DNA of 32,000 nt from Edaphobacter aggregans (GTDB lineage Bacteria > Acidobacteriota > Terriglobia > Terriglobales > Acidobacteriaceae), in the NCBI RefSeq assembly GCF_003945235.1, contig NZ_RSDW01000001.1:2520001-2552000 (forward strand), given 5' to 3'. The translations under genes and the position numbers were made by a program. The notes under the pieces are model-generated. The model was not told where the DNA came from, ran no database searches, and saw only the letters and a list, made by a program, of their open reading frames with translations. Shown piece after piece: positions 18,170 through 26,106 of the stretch; the first letter of the stretch is position 1, and every line of letters begins with the position of its first letter.

Positions 18170-19735
18170 ATGGCATTCGAGCCGGGTAAACGCGTCGGTG
18201 ATTATGAAGTAATTGAGCTGCTCGGTACCGGCGGAATGGGCCACGTCTACCGCGCTCGCAACATCATCTCCAACCGAATCGAAGCCCTGAAGATTCTCCT
18301 GCCCGATCTCTCTGCCGACCGAGAATTCGCCGACCGCTTCCTCTCCGAAATCCGCACCCTCGCCAGCCTCGACCATCCGAACATTGCCTTACTCCACACT
18401 GCATTTCAGGCAGACGACCAACTCATCATGGTCATGGAGTACGTCAAGGGAAACACCCTCGAACAGCGCGCCTGTCTAAGCCCCATGACGACCTCGACCA
18501 CAGTCCATTACATCTCCCAAGCGCTCTACGCCCTCAGCTACGCGCACGTTCGCAGCGTGATCCACCGCGACATCAAACCCGCCAACCTCATGGTGACCTC
18601 CAACAGCGTCGTCAAGCTCATGGACTTCGGAATCGCCAAGAAGGTCGACGTCAATCTGACCAGAACGGGCACTACCATCGGCTCCTTCTACTACATGTCG
18701 CCCGAACAGGTGAACGGCTCCAAGGTCGATGCGCGTTCCGATCTTTATTCCACCGGAATTGTCCTGTACGAGCTACTTGCCGGACGCCGTCCCTTCGAGT
18801 CCGACTCCACCTACGGCGTTCTCGACAAGCAGCTCCACGCCACGCCACAGCCTCCCATCGAACTCAACCCAGCCCTCCCTCCCCAACTCAACGCGATCAT
18901 CCTCAAAGCCCTCGCTAAAGATCCCGCCGAGCGTTTCCAAACGGCAGACGCATTCCGCGATGCCCTGAAGCCCTTCTGCACCGCGACCCAGACCTACTCT
19001 GCAGCGCCGACCACCTTTGCTGCCCCAGCCCCACCGCCACCGCCTCCTCAGTCCACTGACTATCCCCCATTCCAACCAGTCTCAATGCCGCAACCAAACG
19101 CCGCATCACCCAACGTGCCCATCGCAAGAAGCAGCAACAAGCCATTATGGATCGCAACCGGAGCCATCGCCGCAATGCTCGCTCTTGTCGTCGTAGCCAC
19201 CACCGTGCCCCGCTTGCTCAAGGCACACGCATCGGAGGCCGCTCCAGCCGCAACCCAACCGGCAGCAATTCCCCCTTCAACACAACAGGAAAGCACCCCA
19301 GCCCCACCACCGACTGAACAGCCAGCCGCCACGTCCGATCTAACGAGCGAGCCTCACCAAGCACCCCCGCGCCAACCATATCAAGGAAGCACATCGCCTC
19401 AAGCCGGAGCAACCGCCACACAGGTCATAGCGCCCCAACTACCGCCACCTACGGCACAGCCATCAGAAGCCGAAGTCGAACAGCTTCAGGAGCGCCTCAT
19501 CCAACTCGACGCCCGGGCCCAAACCGTAGACCGTGCTATCGCGCAGCTACGTCACCAGCAGGAAGCCGACGGACTCGGGCTCCGCAACGACATGGAGACC
19601 GCCGACGCCAAGCTCAATTCCTACATGCAAGTTGCAAGGCAAGATATGCAGTTATCCAAGACCGCCTCGGCCCAACTCAGCATGGACAAGGCCGAAGCAG
19701 AGATAGAGACCCTCGAAAAGTTCTTAGGAAGGTAA
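18170..19735 (+). CDS. Hanks-type serine/threonine protein kinase with a TM helix and an extracytoplasmic Pro-rich + coiled-coil region
   Basis: LGTGGMGHVYRA (Gly loop), EALKIL (Lys), HRDIKPANLMV, MDFGIAK, YMSPEQ. TM helix LWIATGAIAAMLALVVVATTV. GGGAGGA RBS. Confidence 0.92.
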   Translation: MAFEPGKRVGDYEVIELLGTGGMGHVYRARNIISNRIEALKILLPDLSADREFADRFLSEIRTLASLDHPNIALLHTAFQADDQLIMVMEYVKGNTLEQRACLSPMTTSTTVHYISQALYALSYAHVRSVIHRDIKPANLMVTSNSVVKLMDFGIAKKVDVNLTRTGTTIGSFYYMSPEQVNGSKVDARSDLYSTGIVLYELLAGRRPFESDSTYGVLDKQLHATPQPPIELNPALPPQLNAIILKALAKDPAERFQTADAFRDALKPFCTATQTYSAAPTTFAAPAPPPPPPQSTDYPPFQPVSMPQPNAASPNVPIARSSNKPLWIATGAIAAMLALVVVATTVPRLLKAHASEAAPAATQPAAIPPSTQQESTPAPPPTEQPAATSDLTSEPHQAPPRQPYQGSTSPQAGATATQVIAPQLPPPTAQPSEAEVEQLQERLIQLDARAQTVDRAIAQLRHQQEADGLGLRNDMETADAKLNSYMQVARQDMQLSKTASAQLSMDKAEAEIETLEKFLGR

Positions 19736-19763
19736 CCAGATATCCATATCAGGAGTCAGTCTC

Positions 19764-20741
19764 ATGCGTCGTGCAAATGTTTTAATCGCCCTCTCACTCC
19801 TCTTCACTGCCTCGCTCTTCGCGCAGGACAAACACCGCGTAGCCGTTATGGACTTCAACTACGGCACCGTCACAACCAGCGTTGAGGCCATCTTCGGTAG
19901 CAATCAGGACGTTGGCAAAGGAATCGTCGATCTCCTCATCGACCGCCTCGTGAACGACGGTACCTTTCGCGTGATCGAGCGCCAAGCCATGAGCAAACTG
20001 ATCGCCGAGCAGAACTTTTCCAACAGCAACCGCGCCGATCCCGCCTCTGCCGCCAAAATCGGTAAGCTCCTCGGCGTCGACACCATCATCGTCGGCGACA
20101 TCACCCAGTTCGGCCGAGACGATCACAACACCAGCGCCGGCGGCATCGGCAGCGCCCTGGGCCACTACGGCCTCGGTGGCGTAGGCGTGCACAAATCCAA
20201 AGCTGTAGTCGCCATCACCGCCCGTATGGTCGACGTCAACACCGGCGAGATCCTCGCCTCCGTCACCGGCACCGGCGAATCCTCCCGCTCCGGCACCGAC
20301 CTCGCAGGTGGCGGAGCCTCCGGTTGGTCCGGCGGTGGCGGCCATCTCGACATGGGCAGCTCCAACTTCGGCCAGACCATCATCGGCGAAGCCGTCAAAG
20401 CCTCCGTAGCTCAACTCGCCACCGGCCTCGAATCCAACGCCCCCAAGGTTCCCACCGCCGCCGCGCCCGCGCCTGTCCCCGTCTCCGGCCTCGTCGCAGA
20501 CGCAACCGGCAACGACATCGTCATCAACGTCGGCTCGTCATCAGGAGTCCACGTAGGCGACAAACTCGCCGTAACCCGTGTCAGCCGTGTCATCAAAGAT
20601 CCCACCACAGGCAAGCCCTTACGCTCGATCGAAACTCCTGTCGGCCAACTCACAATCACCAGTGTAGATGCCGGTTCAGCCGTAGGAACCTTCACCGGAA
20701 CCGGCCCCGTCAAAGTAGGAGACACAGTAAAAACCCCCTGA
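19764..20741 (+). CDS. CsgG/HfaB-like periplasmic/outer-membrane assembly family protein with a C-terminal beta-rich extension
   Basis: RVAVMDFNYG...GKGIVDLLIDRLVNDGTFRVIERQAMSKLIAEQNF...LGVDTIIVGDITQFG...AVVAITARMVDVNTGEILAS matches the CsgG pattern. The signal peptide MRRANVLIALSLLFTASLFA|QD has no lipobox Cys. Lies 28 nt after the kinase stop; AGGAG RBS. Confidence 0.8.
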   Translation: MRRANVLIALSLLFTASLFAQDKHRVAVMDFNYGTVTTSVEAIFGSNQDVGKGIVDLLIDRLVNDGTFRVIERQAMSKLIAEQNFSNSNRADPASAAKIGKLLGVDTIIVGDITQFGRDDHNTSAGGIGSALGHYGLGGVGVHKSKAVVAITARMVDVNTGEILASVTGTGESSRSGTDLAGGGASGWSGGGGHLDMGSSNFGQTIIGEAVKASVAQLATGLESNAPKVPTAAAPAPVPVSGLVADATGNDIVINVGSSSGVHVGDKLAVTRVSRVIKDPTTGKPLRSIETPVGQLTITSVDAGSAVGTFTGTGPVKVGDTVKTP

Positions 20742-20825
20742 CCAGGCCCTAACCCAAACGCTATTTGAACGGCTTTGTCTTGAGGGGAGCGCAGAGTCTT
20801 ATAGGATGCTGGAGAATCTCGCCTT

Positions 20826-20890
20826 GCTTAAGGGCACGGCTTCAGTCGTGCCGCGAACGATTTGTTCTCAATGCGGCTCTAGCCGCTGAG
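20826..20890 (+). repeat. REP-like double-hairpin intergenic element
   Basis: Hairpin A is GGCACG (20833-20838) / CGTGCC (20847-20852). Hairpin B is GCGGC (20873-20877) / GCCGC (20882-20886). The ggcacggcttcag.cgtgcc and gcggct.tagccgctgag strings resemble a dispersed acidobacterial repeat I recall; this is unverified. Confidence 0.45.
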
Positions 20891-20952
20891 GTACGCCTTT
20901 CGTTCCGCACTCCTCAAACGCCACCCGTCCCACTCATTTACGATAGACGACG

Positions 20953-21957
20953 ATGACGAAACCAGCATTCCTCTTCCCCGGCCAGGGCTCGCAGACCGTA
21001 GGCATGGGCCGCGACCTCTACGACAATCACCCCGCCGCCCGAGCCATCTTCGACGAGGCCGACGCCGCCCTCGGCTTCTCCCTCTCCAAGCTCATCTTCG
21101 AAGGCCCCGAAGAGACCCTCAAGCTCACCGAGCACACCCAGCCCGCCATCCTCACCGTCTCCGTAGCCGCCGCCCGAGTCTTGATGCCAGCACTCGCAGA
21201 GAAAGGCATCCAGCCCGCCTTCGCCGCCGGCCACTCCCTCGGCGAATACTCCGCCCACGTAGCCGCCGGAACCCTCACCTTCGCCGACGCCGTCCGCACC
21301 GTTCGCGCCCGAGGCCAATACATGCAGCAGGCCGTCCCCGCCGGAGAAGGAGCCATGGCCGCCATCCTCGGCCTCTCCGCCACCCTCATCGCCGAAATCT
21401 GCGATCAAGTCTCCGACCAACTCACCCCGCTCCCCACCATCCCCGAAGCCAAAACCTTCAACCCCAACCTCGCCGTCGTCTCGCCCGCCAACCTCAACTC
21501 ACCCGACCAGACCGTCATCTCAGGCGCCGTCGGAGCCGTCCATCTTGCCGCCGACCTCTGCAAGCAAGCCGGAGCCAAGCGCACCGTCATGCTCCAGGTC
21601 AGCGCCCCCTTCCACTGCGCCCTCATGCAGCCCGCGCAGGACGCCCTCGCCGCAGACCTCGCCTCCCTCACCTTCAATGACCCCGCCGTCCCCATCGCCG
21701 CCAACGTCGACGCCCTCCTCATCACCCGCGCCGCCGACGCTCGCGACTGCCTCATCCGCCAGGTCACCGGCTCCGTCCGCTGGGTCGAGTGCATCCAGCT
21801 CCTCATCGCCCAGGGCGCAACCCACTTCATCGAAGTAGGCCCCGGCAAAGTCCTCACCGGCCTCATGCGCCAAATCGACCGCACCCAACCCACCGCCAAC
21901 GTAGAAGACACCGCCTCCCTCGAAAAAACCCTCGCGTCATTTACTGCGACCTCTTAG
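20953..21957 (+). CDS. fabD: malonyl-CoA:ACP transacylase
   Basis: FLFPGQGSQ, active-site GHSLGEYSA, and VSAPFHC motifs. About 20 aa longer than typical because of an insertion around SDQLTPLPTIPEAKTFNPNLA. Confidence 0.93.
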   Translation: MTKPAFLFPGQGSQTVGMGRDLYDNHPAARAIFDEADAALGFSLSKLIFEGPEETLKLTEHTQPAILTVSVAAARVLMPALAEKGIQPAFAAGHSLGEYSAHVAAGTLTFADAVRTVRARGQYMQQAVPAGEGAMAAILGLSATLIAEICDQVSDQLTPLPTIPEAKTFNPNLAVVSPANLNSPDQTVISGAVGAVHLAADLCKQAGAKRTVMLQVSAPFHCALMQPAQDALAADLASLTFNDPAVPIAANVDALLITRAADARDCLIRQVTGSVRWVECIQLLIAQGATHFIEVGPGKVLTGLMRQIDRTQPTANVEDTASLEKTLASFTATS

Positions 21958-21969
21958 GCGCGCGCTTCG

Positions 21970-22743
21970 ATGAAACTTTCTGTGCTCGCCCTAATCTCTA
22001 TTGCCTTAGCTCTGCTCCGAAAATACGTTCCGGCTCCGCCGTCAAGATTTAAGACCTGGACTTACGATCAAAGGCAAGTTCCTGAGCCGCTGCCCACTGG
22101 CGTAATAGGTGTATTCATGTGGACAATTGGAATTTGTCTTGCCCTAACGTTCTTTGCCTTCAAAGCCGCCAATCATGCGTGGGCTGAAATCGATGGGCAG
22201 AACGTGCTTCATCTTTATCCCACAGCCATTCTCTGGTGCTTTTTCCCTTTTTTCGCAGCACTGACGGTACCTTGGCCTTTGACAGTTTGGCTTCTGCGCC
22301 GCACCGGTCGCACAGATGAAGCGGACTCTGTTATGGAGGATTCTGATCAGAAGGCACAATACAATACCTTTTTAGTAATGAAGTGGTTTGGCATCGGCTT
22401 GGTCATGCCCATCGCATTCTTTACTCTCTTGGCAATTCCGATGCATTTGTCCATTGGTGATCAGGAAGCGCGCCTCGGCCATTACGGCTCGTGGAATGAA
22501 GAGATCTTTCCGTTCAAAGAGGCCAGAAGGGCCACCATCATAGACGGAGTCCGCTATCGTGATGGTAGTTTTCATCAGCAGCGAGATCTTCTGATCGACT
22601 TCCAGGATGGTCGAAGACTCAGAGCAAATGAAGTAGGGGATGGCGGAACAAACGCAGACCAGAGAGCCATCGAATTGTTGCTGGCCAAAACTGGCCTTCA
22701 ACCCCAACATGCAATTACACCGGATGAAATACCTGGGCTCTAA
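21970..22743 (+). CDS. hypothetical membrane protein (about 4 TM helices + soluble C-terminal domain), compositionally foreign
   Basis: 257-aa ORF in a roughly 40-48% GC stretch where random long ORFs are unlikely. Uses AGA, AGG, ATA, TTA and TTG codons that are rare elsewhere in the window. No SD; starts 12 nt after the fabD stop. No family recognised. Confidence 0.65.
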   Translation: MKLSVLALISIALALLRKYVPAPPSRFKTWTYDQRQVPEPLPTGVIGVFMWTIGICLALTFFAFKAANHAWAEIDGQNVLHLYPTAILWCFFPFFAALTVPWPLTVWLLRRTGRTDEADSVMEDSDQKAQYNTFLVMKWFGIGLVMPIAFFTLLAIPMHLSIGDQEARLGHYGSWNEEIFPFKEARRATIIDGVRYRDGSFHQQRDLLIDFQDGRRLRANEVGDGGTNADQRAIELLLAKTGLQPQHAITPDEIPGL

Positions 22744-22793
22744 TTAATAGTCATAAACTGCATCGATTAACCGCTCAGTTAGAATCGGAACCC

Positions 22794-23261
22794 ATGAAGA
22801 TCTTTCGCCCTCTGTCTCTAGCTTTGTGCATCACCGGAGCAACCGCCGGTCTCCTGACCATCTCGCTCCGCGCCGCAACACCGGAAGAGCAGGAGGTCCT
22901 CGCTCCCATCAAGGCGATGTTCGACGGCATGGCCAAGCGGGACGCTGCAGCGATCAAAGAACCCACGCTACCCGGCGGCACGATGGTGCTGATGCGTGAC
23001 GGCAAACCAACCCAGATGACATTTGAGGCCTTCGCTGACCGCGTAGGAAAACCGGGAACCACCCAGATCGAGGAGCGAATTCACGATCCGCTGATCCGAA
23101 TCGACAACGACCTCGCAATGGTATGGGCCCCGTTCGATTTCTTAGTTGACGGCAAAGTAGACCACTGCGGAACGGATCTGTTCAATCTCGTCCGCAAAGA
23201 TGGCAAATGGTTGATCGCGAGTGTAGCGGACACAGGACGGAAGGATTGCGCGGTCAAGTAG
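22794..23261 (+). CDS. secreted NTF2-like/SnoaL-like (DUF4440-type) small protein
   Basis: Signal peptide MKIFRPLSLALCITGATAGLLTISLRA. The length and the pattern ...IRIDNDLAMVWAPFDFLVDGKVDHCGTDLFNLVRKDGKWLIASV fit an NTF2-like cone fold. This is a weak, pattern-only call. Confidence 0.55.
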   Translation: MKIFRPLSLALCITGATAGLLTISLRAATPEEQEVLAPIKAMFDGMAKRDAAAIKEPTLPGGTMVLMRDGKPTQMTFEAFADRVGKPGTTQIEERIHDPLIRIDNDLAMVWAPFDFLVDGKVDHCGTDLFNLVRKDGKWLIASVADTGRKDCAVK

Positions 23262-23334
23262 CCCTACAATTGTTCCGATCCGCCGATACTCCCTCCAAAC
23301 ACCCGCGCTAACCCAGCACGAAAAGGAACCGCAC

Positions 23335-23796
23335 ATGAAACCCGGCGACAAAGTAGAAAACTTCACCCTCCAAAATCAGGACGACAAAGAAGTCTCCCTC
23401 ACCGACTTCAAAGGCAAGCCCGTAGTCCTCTTCTTCTACCCCCGCGCCGACACTCCCGGCTGCACCATCGAATCCTGCGGCTTCCGCGACGCCTTCGAGC
23501 AGTTCCAGAAAGCCGGAATCGTAGTCCTCGGCGTCTCCCGCGACACCGTCAAAGCCCAGAAGAAGTTCAAGGACAAATACGACCTCCCCTACGACCTTCT
23601 CGCCGACCCCGACATGGTCCTCATCAACCGCTACGACCTCATCAAGCCAAAAAACATGTACGGCAAGCTAGTCAAAGGCGTAAAGCGCACCACCTATCTC
23701 ATCGGCCCTGATCAGCGCCTCATCCACATCTTCGAAGATGTCACCCCCAAAGGCCACGCCGAAGAAGTCCTCGCCCTCCTAAAATCCCACAAATAA
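23335..23796 (+). CDS. bcp: thioredoxin-dependent thiol peroxidase (peroxiredoxin Bcp)
   Basis: FKGKPVVLFFYPRADTPGCTIESCGFRD carries the PxxxTxxC peroxidatic Cys and the resolving Cys 5 residues later, typical of Bcp/PrxQ. Confidence 0.92.
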   Translation: MKPGDKVENFTLQNQDDKEVSLTDFKGKPVVLFFYPRADTPGCTIESCGFRDAFEQFQKAGIVVLGVSRDTVKAQKKFKDKYDLPYDLLADPDMVLINRYDLIKPKNMYGKLVKGVKRTTYLIGPDQRLIHIFEDVTPKGHAEEVLALLKSHK

Positions 23797-23812
23797 CCAT
23801 CAACTCAAATCT

Positions 23813-24062
23813 GTCATCTCGACCGAAGGTGCTCACAGCCTCATCGTGAGCACCGCAGCGGAGAAACCCGCTTCTCTACCGATACCGCCTCCTCGCCAAA
23901 TTCAGCCGTTGCTTTTACCGTTGCAGTTGTTTTTGCCGTTGTTTGTTTTTGCTTGTCATTCTGAGCGAAGCGAAGAACCCCCGCATTTCGCTCTTGCTGT
24001 TGACGTTGCACTTGCATTTGTTCTTTTGTTGTCATCCCGTAGGGATCTGCTTCTATCTCTGC
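23813..24062 (+). repeat. cluster of three REP-like units, each GTCAT(C/T) followed by a short hairpin
   Basis: U1: gtcatc 23813-23818 plus a 9-bp stem GGTGCTCAC (23828-23836) / GTGAGCACC (23846-23854). U2: gtcatt 23955-23960 plus GAGCGAA (23963-23969) / TTCGCTC (23987-23993). U3: gtcatc 24031-24036 plus ATCCC-GTA-GGGAT (24034-24046) followed by ctgctt. The T/G-rich filler ttgccgttgt is shared with 17547-17556. Confidence 0.6.
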
Positions 24063-24128
24063 CCTTGCTTATTTCCTTCCACCACCAACAAGAAACATCA
24101 TCATCTCCGAAAATCAACATCCAACATC

Positions 24129-24905
24129 ATGAACACCAGGGAGACGCACCCCATGCAACGACTCCTAACCACCCTCTTAACCATGACACTGTTAACCCTC
24201 CCAGCCACAGCCCAAAAAGACGTCCCCTCCGCCGAGCAAACCCTCCTCCAACTCCTCAACCAACACCGCACCGAAGCCAACCTCACCCCTCTCACCACCG
24301 ACCCCACACTCCAACAAGCCGCCCGGGCCCACGCCCTCCGCATGTCGCAAGAAAAAGGTGACGGCCAGCACCAATACCCCGGCGAACCCGACCTTCCAAC
24401 CCGCGTCGCCCAGGCCGGAGGCCACTACACCATGGTCTCCGAAAACATCGCCGCCGGTTCCTTCCGCGTCCCCGACCTCGACCGCGCCTGGATGAAGTCC
24501 GAGGGCCACCGCGCCAACATCCTCAACCCCCACGCCACCGTCATCGGCATCGCCGTCATCGACAACAACGGCACCCTCTACGCCGTCGAAGACTTCGCCC
24601 AAACCCTCCCCACCCTCTCCCGCGAAGACGTCGAAGCCAAAGTCCGCCAACTTCTCAGCGATCACGGCATCAAGCCCGCCGAAATCCCCGGCATCGCCGA
24701 AGACGCCCGCGCCGCCTGCGTCTCCCACGGCAACTCCGCTCCCAACGCCACCGCCGTCATTCAGTGGCAAGACCCCGACTTCACCAAAATCCCCGACAAC
24801 CTCCTCCAGCAGTTACCCCACAACCGCGAGTACACCAGCGCAGTCGGCGCCTGCCCAGTCAAACCGGACTCCACCACCTACCGAGTCGCCATCCTGCTCT
24901 ACTAG
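24129..24905 (+). CDS. secreted CAP/SCP (PR-1-like, YkwD-type) domain protein with a C-terminal extension
   Basis: LLNQHRTEANLTPL..., MVSENIAAG and WMKSEGHRANILNPHATVIGIAV are CAP-domain motifs. The alternative start ATG 24153 (MQRLLTTLLTMTLLTLPATA) has GGGAG upstream and may be the true start. The 5' part of the 23943 ORF is translated repeat. Confidence 0.8.
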   Translation: MNTRETHPMQRLLTTLLTMTLLTLPATAQKDVPSAEQTLLQLLNQHRTEANLTPLTTDPTLQQAARAHALRMSQEKGDGQHQYPGEPDLPTRVAQAGGHYTMVSENIAAGSFRVPDLDRAWMKSEGHRANILNPHATVIGIAVIDNNGTLYAVEDFAQTLPTLSREDVEAKVRQLLSDHGIKPAEIPGIAEDARAACVSHGNSAPNATAVIQWQDPDFTKIPDNLLQQLPHNREYTSAVGACPVKPDSTTYRVAILLY

Positions 24906-25164
24906 GGCGTACGGCATCCTGAGCGGAGTCTATGGCGGTTTTATGGCCATAGGCATAATCGAAGGGCCTGTAGTTTGCACATAGGGCCTCAAATTTCGAA
25001 GAAACGGCAAAAACCAATCCGCGTTATGTCGATCATCTAAGAACTACTGAACCACCCAAAACCCCTGTCAAGCCCCAAATCGCCAAACCCCGCGCCAATC
25101 GCGAACAATCGTGTGGCGATCAATTTCACCCAAACTGATAAACTAGAAGTAGATGAAAAAGAGA

Positions 25165-25191
25165 CCCGGCCAACGCCGGGATTTTCTCTTT
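25165..25191. terminator. orphan terminator-like hairpin in a long ORF-free region
   Basis: CCCGGC (25165-25170) caac GCCGGG (25175-25180), followed by attttctcttt on + and preceded by aaaaagaga (so tctcttttt on -). No CDS ends within 250 nt on either strand. Confidence 0.45.
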
Positions 25192-25353
25192 AGCCGCAAA
25201 TACCCGTCAAACCATTTATCTTGAATACTTTACAAACGCAGCCGCTTCAAATTCAGCACTTTAGACTCAAGGTCCAAACGTAAACCTAATAGGTAGAAGA
25301 CTTTAGACCTACCCACATACCCCGGGGATACCCACGAAAGGAGAGGACGAGCC

Positions 25354-26106
25354 ATGCCATCGACAACCCTGACCGCCGCCGCCGTCCTCACCGCCACCGC
25401 AGGCGCCCTCACCTACGCCGCCCTCTCCGCCGAATCCCAAATCTTCGGCCCCACCCTCATCGCCCCAGCCAAACCAAACGAAATCGCCATCACCTACGAC
25501 GACGGCCCCAACCCCGCCGCCACCCCGCATCTCCTCGAAGTCCTCGCCCGCTACGAAGTCCGAGCCACCTTCTTCTTGATCGGCAACTTCGTCCGCCAAT
25601 GTCCCGACCTCGTCCGCCAGATCGCCGCCGTCGGCCACCTCATCGGCAACCACACCATGACCCACCCATGGCTGCCCTTCCACTCCGCCGCCCGCATCCG
25701 CGAAGAGCTATCCGCCTGCAACAAAAGCCTCGAAGATACCCTCGGAGCCCCCGTCCACTACTTCCGCCCGCCCCACGGAGCCCGCCGCCCTTACGTCCTC
25801 CGCACCGCCCGCGAACTAGGCCTCATCCCCGTCCAATGGAACATCATCGCCGGCGACTGGAAGCCCATCGACGCCGCCACCATAGCCTCCCGCGTCACCC
25901 ATGGCATCACCCGCAACCAGCGCCGTGACCGAGCCTCCAACATCGTCCTCCACGACGGCGGCAGCCTGGCCCTCGACGCCCCCCGCACCCCCACCGTCGA
26001 AGCCACCAACCAGCTCCTCGAGACCTATAAAAATACCGCCGCAAAATTCGTAACCATCGAATCCTGGGCCCCCGCCGAACCATCCCATCCAGAAGCCCAC
26101 ACATGA
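25354..26106 (+). CDS. polysaccharide deacetylase (CE4 / NodB homology domain), N-terminal TM anchor
   Basis: IAITYDDGPNP (motif 1) and GNHTMTHPWL (H-x-x-x-H motif 2), then YFRPPHG. AAGGAGAGGA RBS. Confidence 0.88.
   Translation: MPSTTLTAAAVLTATAGALTYAALSAESQIFGPTLIAPAKPNEIAITYDDGPNPAATPHLLEVLARYEVRATFFLIGNFVRQCPDLVRQIAAVGHLIGNHTMTHPWLPFHSAARIREELSACNKSLEDTLGAPVHYFRPPHGARRPYVLRTARELGLIPVQWNIIAGDWKPIDAATIASRVTHGITRNQRRDRASNIVLHDGGSLALDAPRTPTVEATNQLLETYKNTAAKFVTIESWAPAEPSHPEAHT

Noticed and set aside
23813-24062. Possibility that the repeated GTCAT units form a CRISPR array
   Set aside because: The units differ in sequence and length, their spacing is irregular, there are only three copies, and no cas genes are in the window.
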